Shown piece after piece: positions 18,658 to 26,753 of a DNA stretch of 64,000 bases; position 1 is the stretch's first letter; the number at the start of each line of letters is the position of its first letter. The stretch comes from Candidatus Eremiobacteria bacterium (GTDB taxonomy: Bacteria > Vulcanimicrobiota > Vulcanimicrobiia > Vulcanimicrobiales > Vulcanimicrobiaceae). The stretch is taken from contig CAVXXX010000001.1 of assembly GCA_963765935.1 (NCBI GenBank), forward strand, positions 1,446,304 through 1,510,303, in the 5' to 3' direction. The notes below the pieces were generated by a model. It was not told the DNA's origin. It saw only the letters and a list, made by a program, of their open reading frames with translations, and searched no databases. A program made the translations under genes and the position numbers.

Positions 18658-20436
18658 TCAGTGAATGCGCAAACCGGCGGCGGTTTGTTGCGAACCTTCG
18701 ACGCGCGTTGACGAGGCGAACCAATCGAGACGATCGGTGATGCGGCCGGAAATACTTGCGTCGATGTGATCGTACGGTACGTGATCGAGCAACGACCGGC
18801 CCAACATGACATCAGCACGAAGATTTCGGCCATTAGCGTACGTCAGCCATGCCGATCCAACGGTCGTCGGCGACCATGCCGTCGATTGTGCGCGCAACAA
18901 CCACGTTCGAAGCGATAGGCTCGGAGCGATTTGCCATGCGAGCGACGCGCCGGCGCTCGAGCTTGCCGACCCGTCCACGCCACCCCACGCGAGTGCAGTT
19001 AGCGAAGCGCGCACTCGCGCCTCATCACCGAATTCGACAATCGCCTCGTTCGTGTGACCGTCGAGCACCGGCGTCCCATACCCGTTCCCCGCCTCGAACG
19101 GCGTATAGACGCCGAGATAGGTTTGCAGCGTATATCCCGAGCTCGTGCTTGCGTGCAGCGACCACTGCGTCGACGGGCGATACGTGAACGAAAGAACGCC
19201 ATCGTTTGCGTTCTGCGATAGACGCGCGTTCGGCGCAACGATGTCCGCGTATCCGACACTGTTCACGCCACCGGCGAGCAACGCATCGAGCGACGTTGAC
19301 GTGTACGATACGCCGGCACTCGTGCGCGTTTGCGCAAGCCATCCCGAAACACTTTGCGGACCGGTGGAATTTGACAGATACGAGCCCGCGCTTTCGCGCA
19401 CGTCAAAGTGCGCGAACGGTGCAACCGCGGCATGCGAGTCGACACCCGCTTCGAATTCGGTATCGGACCATGCCGACGAAACGGGAACGTTCGGCGAGGT
19501 GTACGCGTACGTTCCACGATCGAGAATCGCCGTTGCGAATGCGTCGATCGGTCCACGGGAGTGAATTTGCGCGTTGGCCGATGAAAACGACGAAAACAGC
19601 GCGCTCGTACCGTTGGGACCGTTGTATCCTGCGCCGGACGAAAGCGTTACCGCACCGGCGGTTCCCGGGGTCGTAAACCCGTCCGTCACCGCAGCTCGTT
19701 CGGCGCGGGAGCCGACGTCGGCATTCGAAAATGAAGCCGCTGCAACGAGATTCGGTGAGTTGGCTGCGGCGCGCAGGAGCGAATTATCACCGGTTCCAGC
19801 GTACGTCGCACCACCGGGAGTCTGCACTAAGAACGTTCCGCCTTGCGCAACGTTCCCATATTCGTACGCGTCGTCGACGCGCAGCACCGTCAATGTCGTT
19901 GCACCGCCTTGCGGAATGGTATCGAACGGCGTGATATTCGCAGTCACATCGTAGTCCGGTGCGTAGTCCAACACCAAGAGTCCGCCGTAGAGCGTCGCGT
20001 TGCGATCGGTTGCTGAAACGCCGGGAATTGTTCGCGATGATTCGTTGACCACGACGAACGGAACCCGTTGTAACAGCGACGGTACGTTTGCACCGGGCAA
20101 ACTTCCGATGTCATCGGACGTCGGGCCGTCGGTGCGCACGGCATCGTACCGGGTCACGACCGCCGTCGCAATGCCGTCGGCACCAACCGCCACGTCGGTT
20201 GTCCGGCAGTAGGCACAGCGGATTCTCACCTTGGTGCCCGTTCCGGTGAAAACGAACGTGCCATCCTGTCCTGTATGCGCCATGCCGGCTTCGCGCGTGC
20301 CGTCGAAGATCCGGACGGTGGCTCCGGCGATCGGCGCCCCATGCTGATCGCGGACACTTCCTGCGACAAGAGCCGCGCTTAGGGGCGCGGCTGCCAAGAG
20401 CTGGATGGCGAGGGCGCCGGCAAGGACGTGCTTCAT
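18658..20436 (-). CDS. TonB-dependent receptor-like protein with N-terminal carboxypeptidase-regulatory-like domain
   Basis: Signal peptide MKHVLAGALAIQLLAAAPLSA. GSVRDQHGAPIAGATVRIFDG...GTFVFTG (CarboxypepD_reg), then a plug-like region (SLLQRVPFVVV...LYGGLLVLDY...LTVLRVDDAYEYG), then barrel-like alternation. The track ORF continuing to 21054 is a spurious 5' extension. Confidence 0.65.
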   Translation of the reverse strand: MKHVLAGALAIQLLAAAPLSAALVAGSVRDQHGAPIAGATVRIFDGTREAGMAHTGQDGTFVFTGTGTKVRIRCAYCRTTDVAVGADGIATAVVTRYDAVRTDGPTSDDIGSLPGANVPSLLQRVPFVVVNESSRTIPGVSATDRNATLYGGLLVLDYAPDYDVTANITPFDTIPQGGATTLTVLRVDDAYEYGNVAQGGTFLVQTPGGATYAGTGDNSLLRAAANSPNLVAAASFSNADVGSRAERAAVTDGFTTPGTAGAVTLSSGAGYNGPNGTSALFSSFSSANAQIHSRGPIDAFATAILDRGTYAYTSPNVPVSSAWSDTEFEAGVDSHAAVAPFAHFDVRESAGSYLSNSTGPQSVSGWLAQTRTSAGVSYTSTSLDALLAGGVNSVGYADIVAPNARLSQNANDGVLSFTYRPSTQWSLHASTSSGYTLQTYLGVYTPFEAGNGYGTPVLDGHTNEAIVEFGDEARVRASLTALAWGGVDGSASSSAGASLAWQIAPSLSLRTWLLRAQSTAWSPTTVGSAWLTYANGRNLRADVMLGRSLLDHVPYDHIDASISGRITDRLDWFASSTRVEGSQQTAAGLRIH

Positions 20437-20450
20437 CGAATATTCAGAGG

Positions 20451-20720
20451 TTGGGCTATAATCGAGTTGTGTCCCACCGTCTCGTATCGCGAATCGTCCT
20501 CGCAAGCCTGCTGCTCGTAGCAGCCGGTAGCGCGTCGTTCGCGCTCGCCAATGGCGACGCACTGACTGCGTTACGAGACACCGCTCTCGCACCTTCGGAT
20601 ACACCGTCGCTGCTCGGACCCATCGACGAACACGGACGTATCGGATGGGAATGCAAGCCCGAGAAGGCCGCTGCAAGTGCGAGTGCGACAATGGGCGAGC
20701 TGCCGCAGGCACCGCATTAA
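20451..20720 (+). CDS. Small secreted hypothetical protein (start TTG 20451 or GTG 20469)
   Basis: Signal-like RIVLASLLLVAAGSASFALA. Reasonable GC3. The stop is 6 nt before the TPR gene. Confidence 0.4.
   Translation: MGYNRVVSHRLVSRIVLASLLLVAAGSASFALANGDALTALRDTALAPSDTPSLLGPIDEHGRIGWECKPEKAAASASATMGELPQAPH
20457..20462 (+). promoter_or_regulatory. Consensus -10 hexamer TATAAT
   Basis: Perfect TATAAT 6 nt upstream of an in-frame GTG (20469) of the small ORF. It sits in the 14-bp gap between divergent start codons. Confidence 0.25.
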
Positions 20721-20726
20721 TACGCC

Positions 20727-21539
20727 ATGCGTGTAGCTCCTCTCGCACTGATTGCAGCGCTGAGCGGAGTCGCATCCACGCAAGCGCAAACCTACGCGCC
20801 CGCGCCGTTCCCCGCCACGACCTCCGCGCCGGCGCTTCACGCACAAGCGGTGATGCGCGCGGTCGCGGAACATTTTCATCGCGGGTTAGCAGCGATGACG
20901 GCGCATAATTGGAGTAGCGCGAGCGATGAATTCGCGGCTGCGCTGCAACTGAATCCGCCCGAACCGCAAGCATCGACTGCGGCCTATGATGCCGGCATTG
21001 CGCAAGCGAATCTCGGGCACTACGATGATGCGGCGCGCGATTTTCGCGATGCACTCGCGCGTGATTCCGGATTCCTCGCCGCTATGGCCAATCTCGTCGC
21101 CGTGGACCTTCGCCGAAATGATGTCGCGGAAGCACGCAGTATCGCCAACCGCTTCGTTTCGCTCGCGCCCGATTCGGCACGTGCACATTATTCGCGCGGG
21201 CTTGCAGCCTTGGCGGCAAACGACCTTCCCACCGCGCGCGACGATTTTTCGCAACTTTTGAAGTCCGATCCAAAATATGCCGTAGCGCATTACGATCTCG
21301 GTATTACCGAAGAGCGCCTCGGACAATACGACGCTGCGTCCTCTGAATTTTCAGCCGCGTTGCAGCTCTCGCCCGCGTACGCGCGCGCGCGTTTCGCGCT
21401 CGGCACGATTCTCTTACGCAACGGTGACCGTTCAGGCGCACGCGAAGCGTTCGATCGGGCGGCGCGCGATGCAAACGATGATCCGTCGCTGCGCAGTCTT
21501 GCAATTGAAATGCGCAACGCGATCGCGTCTGCTCACTAA
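20727..21539 (+). CDS. Secreted TPR-repeat protein
   Basis: Signal MRVAPLALIAALSGVASTQAQ. At least 5 TPR units (e.g. AHYDLGITEERLGQYDAASSEFSAALQLSPAYARA). Confidence 0.8.
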   Translation: MRVAPLALIAALSGVASTQAQTYAPAPFPATTSAPALHAQAVMRAVAEHFHRGLAAMTAHNWSSASDEFAAALQLNPPEPQASTAAYDAGIAQANLGHYDDAARDFRDALARDSGFLAAMANLVAVDLRRNDVAEARSIANRFVSLAPDSARAHYSRGLAALAANDLPTARDDFSQLLKSDPKYAVAHYDLGITEERLGQYDAASSEFSAALQLSPAYARARFALGTILLRNGDRSGAREAFDRAARDANDDPSLRSLAIEMRNAIASAH

Positions 21540-21619
21540 CGTCCCTTGCCCGCCTTTACACTTTATTAAGAACTTCCGCCTATTTTCGAGTCACACATCG
21601 ACTCGGAGGTAGAAGGTTA

Positions 21620-22162
21620 GTGAAACGTTCTTTCTTATCAGCAGCCGCTGCAATAGCGGTTTTAACAGTCGCGGCTTGTGGTGGCGGCGGAAGTAGCGGC
21701 GGTGGCGGCGGTACGACATACGGCGGCAATCCAATTCCGACAACTGCTCCGTCCCAGGCGCCGGCCAGCATGCCGCAAACGGCGGCCGTACTCGGCGCGC
21801 AAGCCTACGTCTCATCGAGCAATCAGCACACGCTCTATACGTTCGCTGCCGACAAAGCGAATAAATCGAACTGCACGGACGCAAGCGGATGCACGGGCCT
21901 GTGGCCGCCGTACACCGCGCCGGCCGGTACAGTGGCTCCCGCGGGCAGCGGCTTCGGCCTCATCACGCGCAGCGACGATGGCGCACTGCAATGGACGTAT
22001 CAGTCAGTCCCGCTCTACAACTACGCCGGCGATTCGGCTGCGGGACAAGGCAACGGACAAGGCATCAATAGTTTCGGCGGCGTTTGGGGTGTTGCGCGTC
22101 CGGCGTCCGCATCGCCCGGACCAACAAGCTCGCCGAGCCACTGTGTCGGTTACTACTGCTAA
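21620..22162 (+). CDS. Lipoprotein with two Yx(FWY)xxD repeats (PF03640/COG4315-like)
   Basis: GTG start. Lipobox LTVAACGGGG. QHTLYTFAADKANKSNCTDASGCTGLWPP and LQWTYQSVPLYNYAGDSAAGQGNGQG. Confidence 0.75.
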   Translation: MKRSFLSAAAAIAVLTVAACGGGGSSGGGGGTTYGGNPIPTTAPSQAPASMPQTAAVLGAQAYVSSSNQHTLYTFAADKANKSNCTDASGCTGLWPPYTAPAGTVAPAGSGFGLITRSDDGALQWTYQSVPLYNYAGDSAAGQGNGQGINSFGGVWGVARPASASPGPTSSPSHCVGYYC

Positions 22163-22192
22163 GCCTTTCGGCAAACTCTAGGACAGGCTATC

Positions 22193-22735
22193 ATGTTCCA
22201 CCGCTTCACGTTCCGGACGGCGATCATTCTTCTTATGATCGCCGCCCGGCCGGCGCACCTTAACGCAGCCGTACAGCCCATTCACCTCATGGATCAACGC
22301 GGCAAAGCGTTTGATTTCGGGGATCTGCGCGGTGCACCGGTCGTTCTCACGTTCGTTTCGGCGCATTGCACCGACGCGTGTCCGCTGATCAACGCCCAGA
22401 TCGCGCAGAGCGTGCAACGGCTGGGCCATCGTCCGCTCGCGGTTCGGTTTCTGACCGTGACGCTCGATCCCGAGCGCGATAGCGCGCTCGACATGCGACG
22501 CATGGCAAAGCAGTTCGAAGCAAATCCCGCGCGCTGGATCGTCGCGTCGGGAAGCTCCGCAGACGTGCATACGCTCATGCGGCGGTATCATGTCGAAACA
22601 TCTCGCGACGCGCACGGTTATGCAACAGCGCACACCTCGTTCGTCTACATCCTCGATCCGCAGTTGCGGGTTCGCCGGACATTGCTCGCTTCGAGCGATC
22701 TCGGCGAGGAACTCGCGCAAGAGGTTATGCAATGA
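22193..22735 (+). CDS. SCO1/SenC-family copper chaperone / thiol-disulfide oxidoreductase
   Basis: VVLTFVSAHCTDACP (CxxxC) and downstream HTSFVYILD (His ligand region). Confidence 0.85.
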   Translation: MFHRFTFRTAIILLMIAARPAHLNAAVQPIHLMDQRGKAFDFGDLRGAPVVLTFVSAHCTDACPLINAQIAQSVQRLGHRPLAVRFLTVTLDPERDSALDMRRMAKQFEANPARWIVASGSSADVHTLMRRYHVETSRDAHGYATAHTSFVYILDPQLRVRRTLLASSDLGEELAQEVMQ

Positions 22736-23193
22736 CGTTCGCTCGCACGCTGGTGTGCACGATGCTCCTCGCGGCGTGCACGCCGAACGGCGTTCTCGTG
22801 ACCAGCGGCGGCGGAACCAACGTCTCGAACGTCACGCGAATCAACGTAAGCATCGCGGCGTTCGGACAGTCCTCGACGCCGGCCGGATTGGCACTCGGAT
22901 TCTCGCCGATCATTGCCAACGTTACGGTTGGCAGCGGCGTGCAATTCGTCAACGTCGACAACACGTCACACACCGCGACCTCCATTTCCGCTACCGTCTT
23001 TCCCGCAACGTCACCGTTCACGTTCTCTGCGACGATGCAAACCGGGTCCGCGCTTTCGACGGGATTTAGCAGCGGCACACTTCCGGCGGGCGCCTCATCG
23101 CCGGTCTTTCTCGTGGACAAGCCCGGCACGTACCTCTACGGCTGCTTCTTTCACTACAGTGGAACGATGCGAGGAGAGATCGTTGCGCAATAA
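22732..23193 (+). CDS. Lipoprotein cupredoxin (type-1 blue copper protein, plastocyanin-like ligand spacing)
   Basis: Lipobox MLLAACT. NTSHTAT (His1) and YGCFFHYSGTM (C-x2-H-x4-M). The ATG overlaps the SCO stop (ATGA). Confidence 0.8.
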   Translation: MTFARTLVCTMLLAACTPNGVLVTSGGGTNVSNVTRINVSIAAFGQSSTPAGLALGFSPIIANVTVGSGVQFVNVDNTSHTATSISATVFPATSPFTFSATMQTGSALSTGFSSGTLPAGASSPVFLVDKPGTYLYGCFFHYSGTMRGEIVAQ

Positions 23194-24313
23194 CCTCGTC
23201 CGCCTCACGCTCTCCATGGGCATGCTCGTCGCGTCTGCCGTGTTGTGCAATGCTCGCGCACAAGCGATTCCCATCTTCGCGCAACGCTACCATCTGACGT
23301 GTGAAACGTGTCATTCGGTACTGCCGGAGTTGAACAGCTTTGGTTTGTCGTTCCGCGAACACGGATACCAATTGCCTCTTCCGAAGCACGGAACAACCGT
23401 CGTTGCACTTCGCTATCAGCTCGAATGGGAGAAGGATCCGGTCAATTCGCGCCGCTGGACGCCCGGCGCCGTGCTGCTCGGCAATCTCGAGATCGGGCAA
23501 ATTACGGCGTTCGCGCACTACAATCTGGGCGCGCAAGGCGGCCCGGCGGGGTTGTATCTCGGGTATCTCGCCGGATACAACAAACACACGCAGACCTTGT
23601 ATCGCGCTGGACTCTTCGAGTTGCCGCTCATCCAGTCTCCCGGCCAGCGGCTCGACGATTTACAACAATACGGCTACTACGGAATTCACGTCGGCTTGAA
23701 CGATCTTCCGTTATCATCGCCGCGGTGGGGATTTCAGATCGAGCGCACGATCGCGAATCTACGTTTGGATTTCGTCGGCGACGATGGCGAATTCAAAGGA
23801 GCTGCCTATGGCGGCGCACCCTCACCAACCGGCGAGACAACGTCGGCAGCGCATCCCGAATTCGGCCTCTTTGCGCGCGCACGCGCGACTGGGCAATTAA
23901 CCGTCGGTGGTGCGTCGATCACCGGTAGCCGTTGGATTGTTCTCACCGGAAAGAGCGGCTTCGAAGATCCGTACTCCCGTGAGAGCCTCTTTCTTGACTA
24001 TGCGCCGGGCAAATTCGATCTAACCGCCGAGCAGTGGTGGGGGAGCGACCAGAACGCCGACGGTTTCGGATCGGCGGTCGCAAGCAGCGGCGGCTACGTT
24101 CGCGCGAAGTACTATCCGACTCCGCACTCGTATCTCGCCGTGCGATACGACGCAAGCGCGAACCCGTTCATCGCGCGCGACTTCGTGTATTACGGCGCGT
24201 TCATGATCACGCCGCACGTGCGGTTCATCCTCCAGGACGTTGCGAACGTCGGTTCCACGAGCAGCTTGGGCGCTGCATTTACAGTAGGTTTTCCGTGGCC
24301 AGCGAAGCTCTAG
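23183..24313 (+). CDS. Secreted monohaem CxxCH protein fused to a predicted beta-barrel (cytochrome-porin architecture)
   Basis: TTG 23183 gives the signal peptide LRNNLVRLTLSMGMLVASAVLCNARAQA. A single CETCH lies about 13 aa after the predicted cleavage site. The rest shows amphipathic alternation with aromatic girdles (VVALRYQLEWE, ITAFAHYNLG, GLYLGYLAGY, YLAVRYDAS, AAFTVGFPW). The track ORF start at 22913 is out of context. Confidence 0.6.
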   Translation: MRNNLVRLTLSMGMLVASAVLCNARAQAIPIFAQRYHLTCETCHSVLPELNSFGLSFREHGYQLPLPKHGTTVVALRYQLEWEKDPVNSRRWTPGAVLLGNLEIGQITAFAHYNLGAQGGPAGLYLGYLAGYNKHTQTLYRAGLFELPLIQSPGQRLDDLQQYGYYGIHVGLNDLPLSSPRWGFQIERTIANLRLDFVGDDGEFKGAAYGGAPSPTGETTSAAHPEFGLFARARATGQLTVGGASITGSRWIVLTGKSGFEDPYSRESLFLDYAPGKFDLTAEQWWGSDQNADGFGSAVASSGGYVRAKYYPTPHSYLAVRYDASANPFIARDFVYYGAFMITPHVRFILQDVANVGSTSSLGAAFTVGFPWPAKL

Positions 24314-24327
24314 AATAGAGGTCTTTC

Positions 24328-24999
24328 ATGCGTATCCTCGTGATCGAAGACAACCATGCCGTAGCGAATTCCGTGCGCTCGATGCTTGAAGCGCGACGGT
24401 ATGCCGTCGATGTTGCGGCGGACGGCGAGTCCGGGCTCGACTATCTGCTGCGCGGCACGTACGATGCGGCGATCGTCGACGTCGGCTTGCCGCGCCGCGA
24501 TGGATTTTCGATCGCCGAGACGGCGCGCGCCAATCAGATTCAAACGCCTATTCTGATGCTCACCGCGCGCGACGGCGTCGAGGACCGAGTCACCGGACTC
24601 GACTCGGGCGCCGATGATTACCTAGCGAAACCGTTTGCCGAGAATGAGCTCATCGCTCGCTTGAAGGCGCTGCTGCGCCGGGGGAATCTGCCGGTCCAAG
24701 AACGGTTCATCGCCGGTGGACTGATCGTTGACGTCGGAGCCCGAACCGCGGTCTTCAACGGCAAGTCGATCGAGCTCGGCTCAACGGAGTTCCGCCTGCT
24801 CGAGTTTCTTGCGCGCAATGCGGGAATCGCATTCTCGCGTGCGCAACTGCTCGAACACGTTTGGGAGTACGAGTTCGAGGGTTCGAGCAACATCGTGGAC
24901 GTCTATATCAGTCAGCTGCGCCGTAAGTTGAAATCGGCTGGAGCACGCGACCTGATCGTCACCGTGTGGGGCGTCGGATATAAACTAGGGGCTCCCTGA
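24328..24999 (+). CDS. OmpR-family response regulator
   Basis: MRILVIEDN...AAIVDVGLPRRDG receiver and winged helix (STEFRLLEFLARNAG...VDVYISQLRRKL...VWGVGYKL). The last 3 codons and the stop lie inside the MITE. Confidence 0.9.
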   Translation: MRILVIEDNHAVANSVRSMLEARRYAVDVAADGESGLDYLLRGTYDAAIVDVGLPRRDGFSIAETARANQIQTPILMLTARDGVEDRVTGLDSGADDYLAKPFAENELIARLKALLRRGNLPVQERFIAGGLIVDVGARTAVFNGKSIELGSTEFRLLEFLARNAGIAFSRAQLLEHVWEYEFEGSSNIVDVYISQLRRKLKSAGARDLIVTVWGVGYKLGAP

Positions 25000-25261
25000 A
25001 GGAATGGCGCGTCGACTGCAAAGATTATTTGGGGCAAGATTGAGGCGCGAGGAGGGAGCATCCCCTCTGCGGGATGTGACCGACGCCGCAACGATGAGAT
25101 TGCCCCAAATAACCTTTGCCCTTCGGGTTTTGGCGGCACAACCCGATCTGCCGCTTCGGACGCGCGGTCACATCCCACAGAGGGGATGCTCGCGCGCGTC
25201 CTCATTGCATCTAGGGTTGTGGCGCCAAAACAGTCGGCGCGCCATTCCTTCAGGGAGCCCC
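24988..25261. mobile_element. Non-autonomous foldback element (MITE) with 31-nt terminal inverted repeats and TA target-site duplication
   Basis: TIRs 24988-25018 / 25231-25261 (one mismatch). Flanking TA at 24986-87 and 25262-63. Two inverted internal modules share a 27-nt core (25056-82 / 25165-91). No credible coding capacity. Confidence 0.6.
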
Positions 25262-25268
25262 TAACGAC

Positions 25269-26180
25269 GTGATCGGCCGGCTCGTTGCGCTGTATCTGGC
25301 AGTGTTCGCAGCGGTCCTCGCGGTCCTTTCGATTGGCGCGTATCTGTTCGTTGGTACGCAATATCACAGTTTGTTGCTCCCTGCGCTTTCCACACCGGAA
25401 GGCGCTGCTGCGTACGAGCTCGCGATGCGGCGCGTGGCGCTCACGATCGTGGCGTTCGATGTTCCGCTCTTGATTCTCGTCGGCATCGCGTCGTGGCTGC
25501 TCGCGCGCATCTCCGTCGCGCCCTGGCTCTCCGCACGCGCGCGGGAGCGTGAATTTATCGCCGACGCGGCGCACGAACTTCGTTCTCCGCTTGCGACGAT
25601 CTCATCCGTTGCGCAAGCATCGCGGAACGCCGGCGAAGCCGCGATGCGCGAGGCACTCGAACTCATCGCGAAAACATCGCTCGATGCAAGCGGCGTCATT
25701 TCGGATCTTCTCATCCTCGCGCGCTCGCCTTCGACGACGCTGCTTGTACGGGAACCCGTCGATCTCGCAGCGATCGCCCATGAGTGCGTCGCAGAGTTTC
25801 GCACGCGTGCGAAATCAGCCGGGATTACGATCGAAACAAACATCAGATCAGCAATCGTCAACGGCGACGCGCGTCGCCTTCGGGAGCTGATCCGCAATCT
25901 GTTGGAAAACGCGCTGCATCACGCCCGCTCGACGATCGCGATCTCGTGCGGGTCCAGCGGCGGACGAGCGCAACTGAGCGTCACAGACGACGGCTCGGGC
26001 GTCCCGACCGATTCGCGCGATCGCATCTTCCAACGATTCTTCCGCAACGGCGAAGCGGCAGGTACCGGACTCGGACTCGCCATCGCGCAGTGGGTTGCAC
26101 GCGCGCACGAAGGCACGATTTCGCTCTCCGATCACGCGCCGGGTGCATCCTTTGTTGTTGAAATCCCGTTAGTCTCATAA
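25269..26180 (+). CDS. Sensor histidine kinase (two TM segments with a short loop, HisKA + HATPase_c)
   Basis: H-box FIADAAHELRSPLATI, N-box LLENALHHA, G-boxes DDGSGVP and GTGLGLAIAQ. GTG start. Confidence 0.9.
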   Translation: MIGRLVALYLAVFAAVLAVLSIGAYLFVGTQYHSLLLPALSTPEGAAAYELAMRRVALTIVAFDVPLLILVGIASWLLARISVAPWLSARAREREFIADAAHELRSPLATISSVAQASRNAGEAAMREALELIAKTSLDASGVISDLLILARSPSTTLLVREPVDLAAIAHECVAEFRTRAKSAGITIETNIRSAIVNGDARRLRELIRNLLENALHHARSTIAISCGSSGGRAQLSVTDDGSGVPTDSRDRIFQRFFRNGEAAGTGLGLAIAQWVARAHEGTISLSDHAPGASFVVEIPLVS

Positions 26181-26182
26181 CC

Positions 26183-26623
26183 GTGGCCACATCGATCGTT
26201 CGTTCACCCTTGGAACACGAGCAGCTCGCCGATCTCGTCGCCGAATATGAGGCCTCGTTACCGCCGGAGCTTCGTCACGACTATGTGCCGGTCGTCGATG
26301 GAAGCACGAAGATCGCGATCGTCGCTGCTCTTTGCGGCGTTGCTGCGGGCTGTGTTTTCGTCACACCGTTCGATAATGAGTCCGTAATCATTCAACGTCT
26401 CTTCGTTCGCCCCGACGCTCGGGGCCGGGGCGTTGCGCGAGCATTAATGCAGCATGCGGTCGATCATGCCCGCGAACACGGCTACCGGCGTCTCGTGCTC
26501 GATACGGACAAAGAGCAGCTTCAGGCGGCGTATCAGCTGTATCTTTCGCTAGGCTTCACGGAATGCGCGCCGTTTGGTTCGGTACCGTACGAACATCCGA
26601 CGTACATGGAACTCCCGCTCTAA
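26183..26623 (+). CDS. GNAT-family N-acetyltransferase
   Basis: IQRLFVRPDARGRGVARALM (acetyl-CoA motif A) and YLSLGF. Confidence 0.8.
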   Translation: MATSIVRSPLEHEQLADLVAEYEASLPPELRHDYVPVVDGSTKIAIVAALCGVAAGCVFVTPFDNESVIIQRLFVRPDARGRGVARALMQHAVDHAREHGYRRLVLDTDKEQLQAAYQLYLSLGFTECAPFGSVPYEHPTYMELPL

Positions 26624-26635
26624 GCGCAAGGCCGT

Positions 26636-26710
26636 TGTCATCCTGAGCCTGTCGAAGGACTACCTCGAAGGAAACGCACGTAACGGTCCTTCGACAAGCT
26701 CAGGATGACA
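26636..26710. repeat. REP-like palindromic element, full copy (family GTCATCCTGAGC-YTGTCGAAGGA)
   Basis: TGTCATCCTGAGCCTGTCGAAGGAC (26636-60) pairs with GTCCTTCGACAAGCTCAGGATGACA (26686-710), one mismatch. It starts 13 nt after the GNAT stop. Confidence 0.7.
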
Positions 26711-26753
26711 GGGTGGTGCCGCGTTCCTATTGACCCTATGTGATGGAATTGTC

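Noticed and set aside
20437-21054. 5' extension of the TonB-receptor ORF (track ORF 18658-21054)
   Set aside because: The extension is Arg-rich, lacks a signal peptide and overlaps the well-supported TPR gene. The internal MKHVLAG... gives a proper signal peptide.
25004-25264. 86-aa ORF inside the RR/HK spacer
   Set aside because: It coincides with the palindromic MITE. The sequence is dictated by the inverted repeats, and there is no SD or protein-like pattern.
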